This document shows, piece after piece, positions 42,921-54,912 of a stretch of DNA of 64,000 bases (the stretch's first letter is position 1; each line of letters starts with the position of its first letter). The stretch is from an uncultured Chloroflexia bacterium (lineage in GTDB: Bacteria > Chloroflexota > Anaerolineae > CG2-30-64-16). The stretch covers positions 64,001 through 128,000 of the forward strand of contig CAVZDU010000002.1 of assembly GCA_963774265.1 (NCBI GenBank), read 5' to 3'. Position numbers and translations under genes: made by a program. The notes below the pieces were generated by a model. The model ran no database searches and was not told where the DNA came from. It saw only the letters and a program-made list of their open reading frames with translations.

Positions 42921-45900
42921 CTACCTGAGCGTCAAGTTATGCCGAATCGGACCGCGGTTATCCCATGATTGCCGATCGCCGATCTCAACCTTTCCCAGTG
43001 TGAAGACCACCTGTCTTCCCGGGCTGCCGCAATCGCTCTGCACGCCCGGCTCAGCGGCAGACACCTTCAGTACATAGCGGAGTTCCCCAGGGGCGTCACC
43101 GGCCATCACTGCCCCAATCCCACAGGTCACCCCATCGACCAGCGCGGTCACTTGCGCGCCTTCAGCCGTTCCTGCTGTCCCATCGATCGAGCCGTAATAC
43201 ACCGCGGGTGGGTTCCGCCGCCCGAACGCAACAACTGATCCTGGCTGGCTTGACGCCAATGCGCTCGATTGACCAGCCGTAAGCGGGATTCTCATACGGA
43301 GCACCAGCGGTTGATCCTGCGTCGGCTTCGCCGGCCCGACAATATTGATCCAGTATCCGCGGCCATATTCCAGCCTGGACAGGTCACTCACCCACGGAGG
43401 GGCGGCTGCATCAAAGACGGACCACGGGTCACCCGCATCATCGTTGTCATAGGCATAGATGGTCGTATAGTGCCCGATGATGGACTTCAGCGCCTCAGTC
43501 ACCGGACGGCTTTCGGGCAAGGGATAGGCGAAGAGATTCCAGCCGCTGGTGTAGAAGGGGAGATCGACGCTGGCCGCCAAGACGTATAAGCCGGATTCAG
43601 TCGCAGAGGCTGTGGCGGTGTTCTCTTCAGAATCCAGATCAGTCGCCAATGCCTGCCAAACTCGACCTTCGTCAGGTGAGAAATACAGCGTCAAGGCGTG
43701 TTCGTAACCTGGCGGGGCTTCGCGCTGCAGATAGTTGAAAGCAATACTACGAGGCACCTTGCTGTTTGCGATGAAGCGATAGCCGCGCCCGACCGGGGTT
43801 AGCCATTCCGGGAGGCCCGGAATGACCGCCAGCGCTTCCAGGGAAAGGGTGCCCGTGTCGTCGAGCACGTTGCTGCGGTTAAAGATGGTTACCTGGCCAT
43901 CGGACGAGCCCATCGGTGCGCCCAGAGCGCGCCGGTTGGCGCCCCAGGCGCGCGCATCCGCGCCCAAGCCGGGTCGACCTGATGCGCCCAAGCCGGGTCG
44001 ACCTGATGCACCCAGACCGGGTCGGCCTGATGCACCCAGACCGGGTCGGCCTGACGCACCCAGACCGGGTCGGCCTGATGCACCCAGACCGGGTCGGCCT
44101 GACGCACCCAGACCGGGTCGACCTGACGCACCGGACCCACTCTGCCAGGCAACGCCGAAGCCCGGTCTGTTCGTCGCCTGACCGCGTTCGAGCGTATCTT
44201 GGCCAGGTGGTTGTGCCTCTAACCAGGCGTCTGCAAGATCCCGGGCGACCCCAGTCCTCGGTCAGGAAGAACTGACTGACACTCTCTCGAAGGACCTGTG
44301 CTTCCGTGGTGCCCGGGACCCAGACGCGCACAAACCCGGATGGCACCCGTGCTTGCAGCGGAATCACACCTGAATAAACGAGGGGATTGGCAGGGTCTAC
44401 AAACGAGAGTTGACCGTAAACGGCTCCGGTTGGGTCGCCGCCTGCGGGATCAAACGCAGGGAGAACCTGGGCGTAGAGTTGCTGCGCCGATAGTAGCGGT
44501 TGCTCCAAGGTGACTGTGATTGCGATCCCAGGCTGGAACAGATCGACGGGACGCGCACTCTCCACCGTGGCCGTCACAGGCGAGCGAGCGCCGGCGGGGG
44601 GTGGCAACGGTTCGTTGGGGAGTGCCACCGGCGCAACTTGCAGGCTCGGCCGCCACCCTGACCATTGCCGCAGCGTCACACTTGCGCTCCACGGCCGGAT
44701 CTGCTCGCATCCCCAGAGCGGCGGCTGGTGGCTATCGTCGTAAGCACAAACACGGTCGCCCTCGCGCGCCCCTCGAACCCGAACGCGGTCACTCCGCACG
44801 ATGGGTCCCAGAGCCATGATGCGATCGTCCACCAACGAGTTCGTCCCGTAACGCTCGACGAGATATGCCTGGCCTTGTGACAGGCTCAGCCGGGCACCAT
44901 CGTCGCTGCGGAGATCGAAGTTGCGGGATGGCAGCACGCTGGACGGCGATGACGGGTCCATGAACAAGATGCGCGTGACGTCGATCGGCAAGGTGCTCGG
45001 TCCGGGGTTTTGGCGCGGGCTTAGCATGCCGTAGTACTGCGATATCGTCTGCCAATCGGATCTGCCGGTGAGACGGGCCGCGATGGAACGGGCACAGTCA
45101 GCCGAGGGCGACCATTCGGCGGCAGTAAGGAACTCGCTGTAGCTGTCTTCGTACGTATTGGTCATGAAACTGCCCTTGCAGTCTACGCCAACGATATAGC
45201 CGTTATCGTTATACCCCAGGTAGTTGTCGGGCAGAAACAAGAAGTGATGGCCATATTCATGGGCAAGCGCGCGCGACCAGTCACTTGTAAGGTCCGCTCG
45301 GCTTTCGCCAAACGGATCCCAAGCCGGCCCCATCCGAATTTGGCCAGGCCAGAAAGCGTTTGTGATGACCTGCGTCGCGCTGATTATGTCGTCGGTGGGT
45401 TGCGACACCACCCCACCCAACGTCGCGCGCGGCCTAATGCCGCTGCTGGCATAAATGACAGCATCTGCGTTAAGCCAGTCATCACCCGCCTGGAAAACAC
45501 GCACGTCGCCTAGCGCAATCTGGCCATCGCCAACATCGTACAGGGTCTCGGAGGAGCGGATGATCGCCTGTTCCAGGTCATCCAGGAAGGTCCCATCGTT
45601 GCGCGCATCCCATTCCAGCGAGACATCAAGATTGAAGAGCACCAGCGGGTTGGCCTTCGATACGACCAATCTTTGGATGCCGGGCCCCGCGACCTCGGCC
45701 ATCGACAGGCCTGTGCGATTCGGCGATGCGCTGGTATAGTAAAGCGTATAGCTGTATGTCTGTGTGACAGGCCAGAGCGCGACCAATCGGTCGCCAAGTC
45801 CGGTCTCCGCACGGCCCTGCAGGAAGCCAAGGGCATTGGTCAGCAGCGGCTCTCCTGCCTCATTGGCCAGCGGCTGGCCGCCTGAGGTTTCGCCGGCGCG

Positions 45901-48900
45901 GAGCCGGAAGACATACGCACCGGACAGAGGCTTACCCCCATCTTCAGGCTCGCCAACCACCTCGACCTGCGTACCAACCACGCGCAGCAGACCTACCGAT
46001 GAGGAAACATAGGGCCAAAGGCCCGCCTCCGGCAATCCATTGGGGGCCGGTTGGTGGCCCGGATAGGCCTTGAGGCGCAGCACGACGCGATCAGAGCGAT
46101 CAAACAGTTTGCTTGCGAAGGTATCCCATTCGAAAACGTGACTGCTCGATGAGGCCGCAGACGACGACGTTGTGGTAAGGGTTCTGGTCACCGTCCTTGG
46201 GGTCGGCAGCGCGGGCTCCCATTGGCGGCCGGCACCAGGCGAATAAGTCGCCTCGACCCGCCGCACGGCGCGACCACTCGAATCAAGCAAGCGATAGGCA
46301 ACGGGGATGACCGTGTCACGCAGGACCGTGCTCGTCGCATGCAGGCTCGCCGCACCAGAACCGTCGGGACGCGAGATGAACAAGGCAGCGGGCTGATTGG
46401 GGAGGCCATCCGACTGGCGCCAGCGATTTGGGGTCACAGTGACCGGTGAAGAACCGCCGGATATCAGGTCGGCATCGCCGTCGCTGTCGATGTCGGCGGC
46501 GACCAGGTACTTCCGGCCTACACCAGCCATTCCGAAGGTGCGGAGCGCTGGGAAGTTGGCGCGACCATCGTTTACATAGACGGCATCTTCTTCATTTCGC
46601 CTGGCAGCCGTTACGTCAAGATCGCCATCGCCATCCATATCAACCAACTGGATGCCATCGATCCTGACTGCGCTATTGCCGATGACACGTGGCGCCGCGA
46701 AACCGGCGCTGCCATCGTTGAGAAACACCGTGCATTCTCGACCCGCCGAGCCTCCATTACCTGCAGCGATGTCCAGATCGCCGTCCCCGTCCAAATCGCC
46801 CACAGCGATACTGTTGGTATTAGCCGCATCGCCCGGCAAAGGTCGCTCCGCGCCCTGCCAATCGAAGTTCCCGGTCCCATCGTTGAGATAGAGGGTGCTG
46901 CGTTCCGGCCAGCTGCTACCATTCCCTGCCACGACATCCAAATCCGAGTCACCGTCCAGATCACCAACCGCAATCGACGTGGTCGTGGAGGAGGAGCCAC
47001 CGAGTCGCCGCTGATTCTCCGGCAGACTGAAGTTTCCCTCGCCGTCGTTGAGGTAGGCCATATTGCCACCGAATCCATAACCCACGGTGACATCGAGGAA
47101 GGTGTCTCCGTTCAAATCGCCGAGCGCCAGCCCGCTCGCGGCCTGTCGCCCGAACGACTGCCCGGCTGTGAAATCCCCACGCTCCGGCTGATACAAGTAG
47201 ACTGATAGCGGCGCCGAAAAGGACCCCAAAATCAAATCCAAATAGCGGTCGCCGTTGAGATCCCCCAGCACCAGACTGCTCGGCCGGCCCGCAGCAATCG
47301 AAAGGGTTCCGCTAAAAACGCCTGACCCTATGTTCAGGTGGACGAGCACTCCCCGTCCACCCGGTTGGGCAGCCACCAGATCGAGATCGTTATCCAGATC
47401 GATGTCGCCGGCCGCCAAACCGACCACCGGCTGACCTCCTGCGACGTTTGTGGCCGCTGGGAAGGCGCCTGCGCCATCATTGAGATAAACCGCACTGCGT
47501 TCCTGCCAGTTGCCGACGGCAAGGTCGAGATCGCCGTCGTCGTCCAGATCGGCTGTGACCACTGCTGTCGTGGCATCGGCGCCGGTTCCGAAAGTCACTA
47601 CACGACGGTTTCCTCCTGCATCCCCCAGGGACACATCGTTTTGCCCGCCATATCGACCACGTACGACATCAAGACGGCCGTTACCGTCGAGATCCACCAG
47701 CACCAGACCACCCTCGACGAGCGCGGACGGCTGCGGCGGCCTGTCCGGTGATGGGCTCAAGTTTGCCTCCTCTTCGATGTTGCTAGAATCAGGCAACGTG
47801 GGTACTCGGGTCGTCGGTGGAACGAGATCTACGGGGTCCGCAAAGCCGCCCTGTGACAGCGAGAGAAAAACGCGATCCGGAGCAGCGCCAAAAGCTGCAA
47901 CGATGTCGAATCCTGCCTGGGCATCTATATCGCCTACAGCGACGTGCTGCCAGACCAGGCCAGGGGCTGCATTGCCAAGACACACCATTGCGGGTAGGCC
48001 GGGCGAATCATGAACAGAGCACGTTTCTGGCGCACCGACCGAAAAACGCCCTGACCCATCGTTGAGATACACAACGCCCTGCCCGCCCGCGCCGTCAGAT
48101 TGGTTGTAACCCACGATGATGTCCAGGCTGGGGCCAGCGTCAAGCGGCGCCAGCGCCATGGTGGCCGCCGTTGCGGTCATGTTGAGGCAGATCACCCCTG
48201 TGGGCGGTGTCGCGCAGTCGTCGATCGGTCCTTCGTGAAAAACACCCTCCCCCTGGTTCACCAGGACAAGGCTCAAGCCGATACCTCCGGCCACAATATC
48301 CAGACGCGCGTCGCCGTTTATGTCGCCAATCGCCAGGGTCCGGTAATGTGCCGCCGGTGGCCCAAATGGACGGCCGCGACCCAAGAAACCCCGACCATCG
48401 TTGAGGTAAATCCGCCCACCCAAGCCGTCTGTTACGGCAACGATGTCGGGTGCAGAGTCACCGTTCATATCACCGGCTGCCACGACGACAATGGGAGGTG
48501 CATCAGGCAGGCGTCCGGAGGCAATTTGCTCATCGGCTGCATCTGCTGCCCCGCCGAAGCACCTGAGAACGGACTCCAGCGTGGCGCAGTCGCCTGCGAC
48601 CCCGTCATGGAATCTGCCGCGCCCATCGTTCAAATAGACGGCACTCTGCTGACCGAAGTTGCCGACCGCTAAGTCCAGATCGCCGTCATCATCAATATCC
48701 ACCGCCACGATGCTCTGGGTTCGATCGAGACCGGAGCCAAACCGCTGCCTGTCGTCGAACGAGGGATCTCCTGCGAAGACTCCACCGGGCCAGAACACGA
48801 AGCAGACTGCAATGATGGACAAGCCGAGACAGACGTGCATGCGGGAGGGCTTTCGCAGCCAAAAGCGTGCTGCGGCGGCAAGGCTCAGAGCGGGTACAAA

Positions 48901-48912
48901 AACGGACATCAT
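42921..48912 (-). CDS. Giant secreted FG-GAP/VCBS-repeat protein with an HExxH metallopeptidase-like domain, frameshift near 44240
   Basis: Signal-like N-terminus, many GDLDGDGDLD / YLNDG repeats, ALAHEYGHH; the C-terminal part continues in ORF 42921-43991. Confidence 0.85.
43965..44132 (-). repeat. 7 x 24-bp coding tandem repeat (GASGRPGL)
   Basis: Plus-strand units CA(A/G)(G/A)CCGGGTCG(A/G)CCTGA(T/C)GC(G/A)CC; all differences are synonymous in the GASGRPGL frame. Confidence 0.95.
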
Positions 48913-49154
48913 CCCTCCATTGACTAACGCGGAGAGCTTCCCCGCGGCTGTGCATTCCCTAACGCCAGTTCCGTATCATGGGTCAAATGAGACTCTAATA
49001 TAATACAACATGTGCACAAGCAATGCAAACATTACGATGCAGCCAATCGCACACGTGGTAGCCTTGTTCTGTTCGGCTTTGACGCACTCCACAATTGGTG
49101 GTACGGTCAGGTAGTGCATACCCCATGACCTTCGCCCTTTAGCTGGAGGACTTG

Positions 49155-50183
49155 ATGCCAACACTTTTTGGTCGCCGGTGGACACGCGCCGAGCTTCGCC
49201 AACACACCGGACGCATGGAACAACTTGCGGGCATCCGCGCGGTCGAGCATGTGGACGGGCGGGCACGCGGCTCACGCGGATTCGAGGTGTGGACAGGCTC
49301 CGGCCTGACGTTTCACGTGCTCGCAGATCGTGCACTCGATATCTCGACGTGCACGCTTAACGGAAAGTCGCTCGGATGGCTGTCCCCGGGCGATGAGGCG
49401 CACCCGGCGTTCAGTGAACCACAGGGGCTCGGGTGGCTGCGCAGCTTCGGGGGTGGCCTGCTGGTCACTTGCGGGCTGGATCACTTCGGTTCGCCATCGG
49501 AAGATGGCGAGTCGCTGGGAATTCACGGGCGAATCGGCAACCTCCCTGCTGAGCAGGTCAGCTATCGCACCTATTGGGAGGGCGACGAATACCGATTGGA
49601 GATCACCGGGCAGGTGCGTCAGTCACGGCCGTTCGGTGAGAACCTGCTGCTCCGTCGCCGGCTCAGCACCGCGCTCGGGGCGAGGGCGTTGACAATCGAG
49701 GACGAAGTGATCAACGATGGGCACGAACCCGTGCCACACATGATCCTCTATCACTTCAACCTGGGCTTTCCCCTCATCAGCCAGGCCACTGAACTTGATC
49801 TTCCCATGTCCAAGGTCACCCCACGGACCGAGCGCGCTGCGGCCGCGCTGGACCGGCATATGCAGCTCCAGCCGCCGACCCCAGGATTCCAGGAAGAAGT
49901 GTTCATCATCGAGGCAAAGGGCGACGCATCGGGACGGGCATCTGCGCGGATAACGAATCGAGAGACCGGAGTTGCTGGAGAGCTATCCTGGAGCACGGAC
50001 ACACTGCCCTACCTCATGCAGTGGAAGATGATGGGGCAGGGGATGTATGTGCTCGGGGTTGAGCCAGGCAACACAGGTACTCTCGAAGGCCGCGCGGAGG
50101 CGCGGCGGCTGGGAATGCTGACCGAATTGGCGCCAGGGGAGAGCCGGCGTTACTCGGTAACGTTTACGGCGTCAGAAGTGTAG
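49155..50183 (+). CDS. Aldose 1-epimerase family protein (DUF4432)
   Basis: DRALDI, GGLLVTCGL, IHGRIGN, MILYHFNLGFP, YVLGVEPGN; GGAGG RBS. Confidence 0.88.
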   Translation: MPTLFGRRWTRAELRQHTGRMEQLAGIRAVEHVDGRARGSRGFEVWTGSGLTFHVLADRALDISTCTLNGKSLGWLSPGDEAHPAFSEPQGLGWLRSFGGGLLVTCGLDHFGSPSEDGESLGIHGRIGNLPAEQVSYRTYWEGDEYRLEITGQVRQSRPFGENLLLRRRLSTALGARALTIEDEVINDGHEPVPHMILYHFNLGFPLISQATELDLPMSKVTPRTERAAAALDRHMQLQPPTPGFQEEVFIIEAKGDASGRASARITNRETGVAGELSWSTDTLPYLMQWKMMGQGMYVLGVEPGNTGTLEGRAEARRLGMLTELAPGESRRYSVTFTASEV

Positions 50184-50211
50184 GTAGGAGGTTCCAAGCC
50201 TGTAGGACGTA

Positions 50212-50874
50212 TCAGGGATCCAGGAAGATCAGGGCCAGACGCGTGATCCGTCGCGGGGCGGACTCGTGTCCCAACTCCGCCAGCAGTTCGTCCGGGCGGC
50301 CCGTGGCCCCTGGCTCTGCTCGCATCGTCACATCAAAGGAATGGCCATAAGACGTCCTCCCGCGATAGGCGAGCGCCCGCACGAGAGGACGCAGGTCGTA
50401 GCGCGAGACGTCTTTGCCCTTGCGGCGTTCGCGCCAGGCGTCCGGCCGTGACATGAAATCCGCCAATCGTGAAGCGAACTCGTCGTCCGCCTCATCGGTC
50501 TCAACCTCCACTGTGTAGTGTGCACCGGTTACCTGGGACTGAAGCGAGGGAAGCTCGCGGGTGACCGGCTGCGCCGAAACGGGACGAATTCCTCGCGGAA
50601 GCGCTTCGCTCAGCCGGTGGATGAATTCGGGTGACGACAATTCGTCATTCAGGAAGATATCCGCAACCTCAGCCTGGCCCGTGAAACCCACCGGCAGCGC
50701 CGCAGCAAACTGCAGGCGCGGCTGGGGATTAAAGCCCTGCGTGTAAGCCAGGGGCAACCGCGCGCGGCGGATCGCCCGCTCCCACGCGCGGTGCATGTCC
50801 AGATGCCCGACGTACTTAACCGTGTCGTCGGTCGAAAACCAGACCCGCATCCGTTGAACGTAAGTCTCTGCCAT
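50212..50874 (-). CDS. TIGR03936 radical SAM-associated protein (DUF2344)
   Basis: KYVGHLD...RAIRRARLPLAYTQGFNPQP...ALPVG. Confidence 0.9.
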   Translation of the reverse strand: MAETYVQRMRVWFSTDDTVKYVGHLDMHRAWERAIRRARLPLAYTQGFNPQPRLQFAAALPVGFTGQAEVADIFLNDELSSPEFIHRLSEALPRGIRPVSAQPVTRELPSLQSQVTGAHYTVEVETDEADDEFASRLADFMSRPDAWRERRKGKDVSRYDLRPLVRALAYRGRTSYGHSFDVTMRAEPGATGRPDELLAELGHESAPRRITRLALIFLDP

Positions 50875-50881
50875 ACCTGTC

Positions 50882-52873
50882 CTAAACTTTATGTCGCTGC
50901 GGCACGCGCGGGCCGGCCGTACGTGCCAGCTGCGGGCTCATGTCCTCGTTGAAGTAAATCGGCACGGGACGCGCGTCTACGGGCTGACGATTCTTGCCTT
51001 TCCCCAAGGGAGGACAACCCCAAGCCGCATCAGCCGCGCTGCGCCGCTCCTCTTTGAACTGCCCAAGGATGCCGCAGGAATAGCAGTGTTCGCGGCAATC
51101 ATCGATCACGGCGCCCTTCAGCGCATGACCATATTCATCGGCCAGGAAATGCTTCGACACGCCTGCGCTGATGTGATCCCACGGTAACACTTCATCCGGT
51201 CCCCGCTCACGGCGCGCGTACCAATTGGGGTCGATGCCTGTCTCCGCAAAAGCCTGCATCCACGCGGCCTCTCGGAACTGATCACCCCACCCGTCAAAGG
51301 CCGCGCCCAGCTCCCACGCACGACGGATCGCAGGCGCCAGGCGCCGGTCGCCTCGACTGAGGGTTGCTTCAAGCAGCGTCTCCCTTGGATTGTTCCAACT
51401 GAACTCCAGGCCGGGCGCACGGAGCCGTCGATCGAGAACCCCAATCTGGGCGAGAATCGTAGGCTCGTCGGCCAACGCGGCCCACTGGAAGGGCGTATGC
51501 GGCTTGGGCACGAGGGTGCTGACGCCGATGCGGACAGTTGATTTCCGACCCAGCACCTGAAACCCGATTTTGCGCACGGCGTGAGCCAGAGCCGCGATGG
51601 CCTGCACATCCTCCAAAGTTTGGGTGGGATGGCCGATCATGAAGTACATTTTGATCGTAGTCCAACCGCGGCTGTACACTTCACGCGCAGTGTCGAGCAT
51701 CGCCTGCGTGCTGATAGGCTTGTTGATGACATCGCGCAGCCGATCGGTGGCAGCCTCAGGGGCGAAAGTGAATCCCGACCGCCGCCGTCCCTTCTCCAGC
51801 TTGTCCATCAGGTCAACGCTGAAGGACTCGATGCGGAGGCTGGGCAGGCCGATAGAGAGCTTATCGTTCCCGTGTCGAGCGACAACTTCGCTCACCAGCT
51901 CGCCGATCTTGCTGTAGTCAGAGGAGGAAAGGGAGAGAAAGGAAACCTCCTCAAAGCCTGTCTCGACAACCATCTGATCGACCGCCGCGACGATCTCGTC
52001 GACTGGCCGTTCGCGCACAGGACGAAAGATCATACCGGCCTGGCAGAAGCGGCAGCCGCGAGTACAGCCGCGCTGAATCTCGATGGCCGCGCGATTATGG
52101 ACGATGTCGATGAATGGCACGACAAAGCGAGTGACCGGAGGCGGCAGCACGGGAACGATGCGCTTCGTCACCACGGCAGGCACATCCCCGCGAATCGGGC
52201 GCGTCCCGGACAGGGTCCCATCTGCGCTGTAGATCGCCTCATAGAAGGCGGGAACGTAGACACCATCGATCTGGCTGAGGCGCGCCAGGGCCTGGGTGCG
52301 ATTTAGGCCCTCACGTCGGGCGTCGGTCCAGGTGCGAGTGATCTCCAAAATCGCATCTTCGCCCTCACCGATGAAGAAAGCATCGAAGAACGCGTGCATC
52401 GGCTCGGGATTGAGACAGGCCGAGCCGCCTGCCAGGACCAGTGGCTCATCCGTGCGCTCAGCCGCCAGCAGGGGCACGCCGGCCAGGTCGAGCGTGGTGA
52501 GCACGTTGGTATACAGTTGCTCGTATGCCAGCGAGAAGCCAAGCACGTCAAATTGCCCCAAAGGATGACGGCTTTCCAAGGAATACAGCGGAAGGTTGTT
52601 GCGCTTAAGCGCATCCTGCATGTCGACCCAAGGGGTGTACGCGCGCTCGGCCAACATTTCTGGCTGCCGATTCACCCGGTCATAAAGGATGGCCAGTCCC
52701 AGGTTGGACATGCCCAGATCGTAGACATCGGGGAAAATAAGGGCCAGCCGATAGGAAACAGCATCCCAGTCTTTGGTGACGGCGTTGTATTCGCCTCCAG
52801 TGTAGCGGGCTGGCTTCTGAACAAAAGGAAGAATGCGGTCAAGGCCGCGGGAAATCATTTCGGGGGTAACCAT
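50882..52873 (-). CDS. TIGR03960 B12-binding radical SAM protein
   Basis: KPARYTGGE, FPDVYDLGMSNLG, EIQRGCTRGCRFCQAG, FAPEA, PKPHTPFQW. Confidence 0.92.
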   Translation of the reverse strand: MVTPEMISRGLDRILPFVQKPARYTGGEYNAVTKDWDAVSYRLALIFPDVYDLGMSNLGLAILYDRVNRQPEMLAERAYTPWVDMQDALKRNNLPLYSLESRHPLGQFDVLGFSLAYEQLYTNVLTTLDLAGVPLLAAERTDEPLVLAGGSACLNPEPMHAFFDAFFIGEGEDAILEITRTWTDARREGLNRTQALARLSQIDGVYVPAFYEAIYSADGTLSGTRPIRGDVPAVVTKRIVPVLPPPVTRFVVPFIDIVHNRAAIEIQRGCTRGCRFCQAGMIFRPVRERPVDEIVAAVDQMVVETGFEEVSFLSLSSSDYSKIGELVSEVVARHGNDKLSIGLPSLRIESFSVDLMDKLEKGRRRSGFTFAPEAATDRLRDVINKPISTQAMLDTAREVYSRGWTTIKMYFMIGHPTQTLEDVQAIAALAHAVRKIGFQVLGRKSTVRIGVSTLVPKPHTPFQWAALADEPTILAQIGVLDRRLRAPGLEFSWNNPRETLLEATLSRGDRRLAPAIRRAWELGAAFDGWGDQFREAAWMQAFAETGIDPNWYARRERGPDEVLPWDHISAGVSKHFLADEYGHALKGAVIDDCREHCYSCGILGQFKEERRSAADAAWGCPPLGKGKNRQPVDARPVPIYFNEDMSPQLARTAGPRVPQRHKV

Positions 52874-52904
52874 GCGCTATTCTCCTTGCACCCTGCCGCA
52901 CAAA

Positions 52905-52971
52905 CGCGACGCGGGGCGGGATTCGAACCCGCTGGGATGGATTGGCTTACAGCCACAGCGACAGTATACCA
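52905..52971 (-). other. tRNA-like element in the 5' leader of the radical SAM operon
   Basis: Minus strand: extended -10 TGgTATACT, TGGCT-GTA-AGCCA hairpin, perfect T arm GCGGG-TTCGAAT-CCCGC (52932-52916). Confidence 0.5.
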
Positions 52972-53031
52972 CGATGGCTCTCACACGCCGTTTTAAGCCT
53001 AAGCTTCATCGCCGAACTTATCGCCTCTCGT

Positions 53032-53074
53032 TTGACAACCCCACCTCTCCTGCCTATAATGGTAACGATTCCAT
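53032..53074 (+). promoter_or_regulatory. Consensus promoter with overlapping LacI-type operator
   Basis: TTGACA-17-TATAAT (53032-53060); ATGGTAACGATTCCAT (53059-53074) fits the LacI-family TG.AA.CG.TT.CA pattern. Confidence 0.8.
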
Positions 53075-53111
53075 GACACGCGTAACTTGAACCATCAAGG
53101 AGGATTCTTTC

Positions 53112-54833
53112 ATGGGCAAGGCGATTGCAATGTCGGATTCGGTGAATGAATTTAAGCGAAACGCGCCTGCGATCGGGGTTTTCGCACCCGGCGATCCCCG
53201 TGTCGATGCAGAGAGTCGGCAGCGGTGCCGCAACATCTGCCGAATGGTAGCCGACACATTGGCCGAGCGCGTCAAGCTGTCCGATGGCTCACCCGCAAAG
53301 GTCGTGTGGGCTCCGATCTTGGTCGACGGTGAGCCGGAGGCCGATATCGTCGCCAGGCAATTCCAGGATGCCGGCGTCAAAGTACTCGTGTGTGCGCCCG
53401 ACACCTGGGCGTTTCCCCAACTGACGGTGATCTCGCTCCTGCAGCAGTTCCCCAAGGATACTCCGATCAACTTCACCTGCGGCAACTCGGGACCCAAGCC
53501 GGGCGTGGTCTTCTCACACGCGGTCAACGGCGCGCTCGCACAGTACGGGCGTATGTCGCACCTCAACGTGGGTACGTGGCCTGACACCGGGTTGAATCCG
53601 GTGATGACAGAGGGCACCAGCCAAGCGTTGGTGGATTGGGCGCACGCCGCTCTGACCACCCAGGCGCTCAAGGGCCGGCGCGTCGTCATCTTCGGCCACG
53701 ACTCGATGGGCATGGAGACCGCGCTGGCGCACGTGATCGCCACGCGCCAGCAGTTCGGCATCGAGATCACCCGGCTGGATATGAAACTGCTGGCCGACAT
53801 GCTCAACAAGAAGGCCTACCACGCCGAAGAACTCAAGGCCCTGCGCGGGTTCATCAACGGGCAGTTGGGGCAGCGAGTGGAGCTGCGTGACCAGGGGGAT
53901 TCAGACCGATTCGACCAGAGCCTGGCGCTTTATCTCATCACCCGCGACCTGCTCAAGGACCTCCATGCGGTTGGGGGCGGTTTCATGAGCCAGCTCGAAT
54001 GGGGTTCCGACCGCCGCGGGCTGCCGCTGCCGGTGGCAGATGCAATGGAGTCATTCTTCAACTCCACCTTCGACCACACAGGCCGCAAGCAGGTTGTACC
54101 CTTCGCCACCGAGGCAGACGTGCAGGGGCTGCTGACAATGCTCTTCTTCTCGGGCCTCACCGCAGGACAACCGCCGCTCTTCATGGACTTTCGCAAGGTA
54201 TGGGAGCCTTGGGAGCTGGGCCAACTGGCAGAGCGCATCGGCTTCATCCTGCCGCGAGACGAAGCGTGGGCCACGAAGGGCCTGGTGGACGGCGACAACT
54301 CAGGCTCTGCGTCGTTTGATTGGGCGGCCAAGCCGGGCGCGAGCATCGAGCAGATCCTGGCGGGAGTGGGCATGCCGCTGGCAGATGACGCTTATTTCCC
54401 TGGCATGGGCAACTCGGTAACCTTCAAGTCACCGGGCGGGCTGGCAGGCATCGCAGGGCGCCTGGCCTACAGCTCGTTGAGCGGATTGTTCAGCATGAGC
54501 TGGGACGAGGCCGAGACTGCCGAAGTGCCGGAGCCGCTGGCCTCTGCCCTGGCAGACATGACCAGCAACACCTGGCCGCATTCGTTCGTCGTGCCGAAGT
54601 ATGCAACCATGGGCGAATATAAGCATCTGCCGCCCGCAAACCACTTCCATATGATCCAAGGTCTCAGTCCCGCACGATTGGAGTACTGGATGGATCTGAA
54701 CTGCGTGCTTTCGCAGGCGAACTGGGCTGCGCGGCCGGCCTACCTCGAGGGCGTGGATCGGCCGCTGCCGGTGCTATACGCGGCCAACGGCGACGAGAAC
54801 AACGCCAAGCTGATGTTGGGCAAGAAGCTTTAG
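53112..54833 (+). CDS. L-fucose/D-arabinose isomerase family protein (divergent)
   Basis: SMGMET, FFNSTFD, FATEAD, FMDFR, NSGS, TWPH and NHFH parallel FucI motifs. Confidence 0.75.
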   Translation: MGKAIAMSDSVNEFKRNAPAIGVFAPGDPRVDAESRQRCRNICRMVADTLAERVKLSDGSPAKVVWAPILVDGEPEADIVARQFQDAGVKVLVCAPDTWAFPQLTVISLLQQFPKDTPINFTCGNSGPKPGVVFSHAVNGALAQYGRMSHLNVGTWPDTGLNPVMTEGTSQALVDWAHAALTTQALKGRRVVIFGHDSMGMETALAHVIATRQQFGIEITRLDMKLLADMLNKKAYHAEELKALRGFINGQLGQRVELRDQGDSDRFDQSLALYLITRDLLKDLHAVGGGFMSQLEWGSDRRGLPLPVADAMESFFNSTFDHTGRKQVVPFATEADVQGLLTMLFFSGLTAGQPPLFMDFRKVWEPWELGQLAERIGFILPRDEAWATKGLVDGDNSGSASFDWAAKPGASIEQILAGVGMPLADDAYFPGMGNSVTFKSPGGLAGIAGRLAYSSLSGLFSMSWDEAETAEVPEPLASALADMTSNTWPHSFVVPKYATMGEYKHLPPANHFHMIQGLSPARLEYWMDLNCVLSQANWAARPAYLEGVDRPLPVLYAANGDENNAKLMLGKKL

Positions 54834-54912
54834 GCCAGACGGACGCGCAACTTACTTGCCATGGATCGCCGCGTGCCCTTAAGCCGACGCGCGGCGATCG
54901 GGCAGTTCGACG

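Noticed and set aside
43965-44132. CRISPR array
   Set aside because: Spacerless coding tandem repeat with only synonymous variation.
52905-52960. Complete tRNA-Tyr gene
   Set aside because: No D arm or paired acceptor stem, and the anticodon stem is too short.
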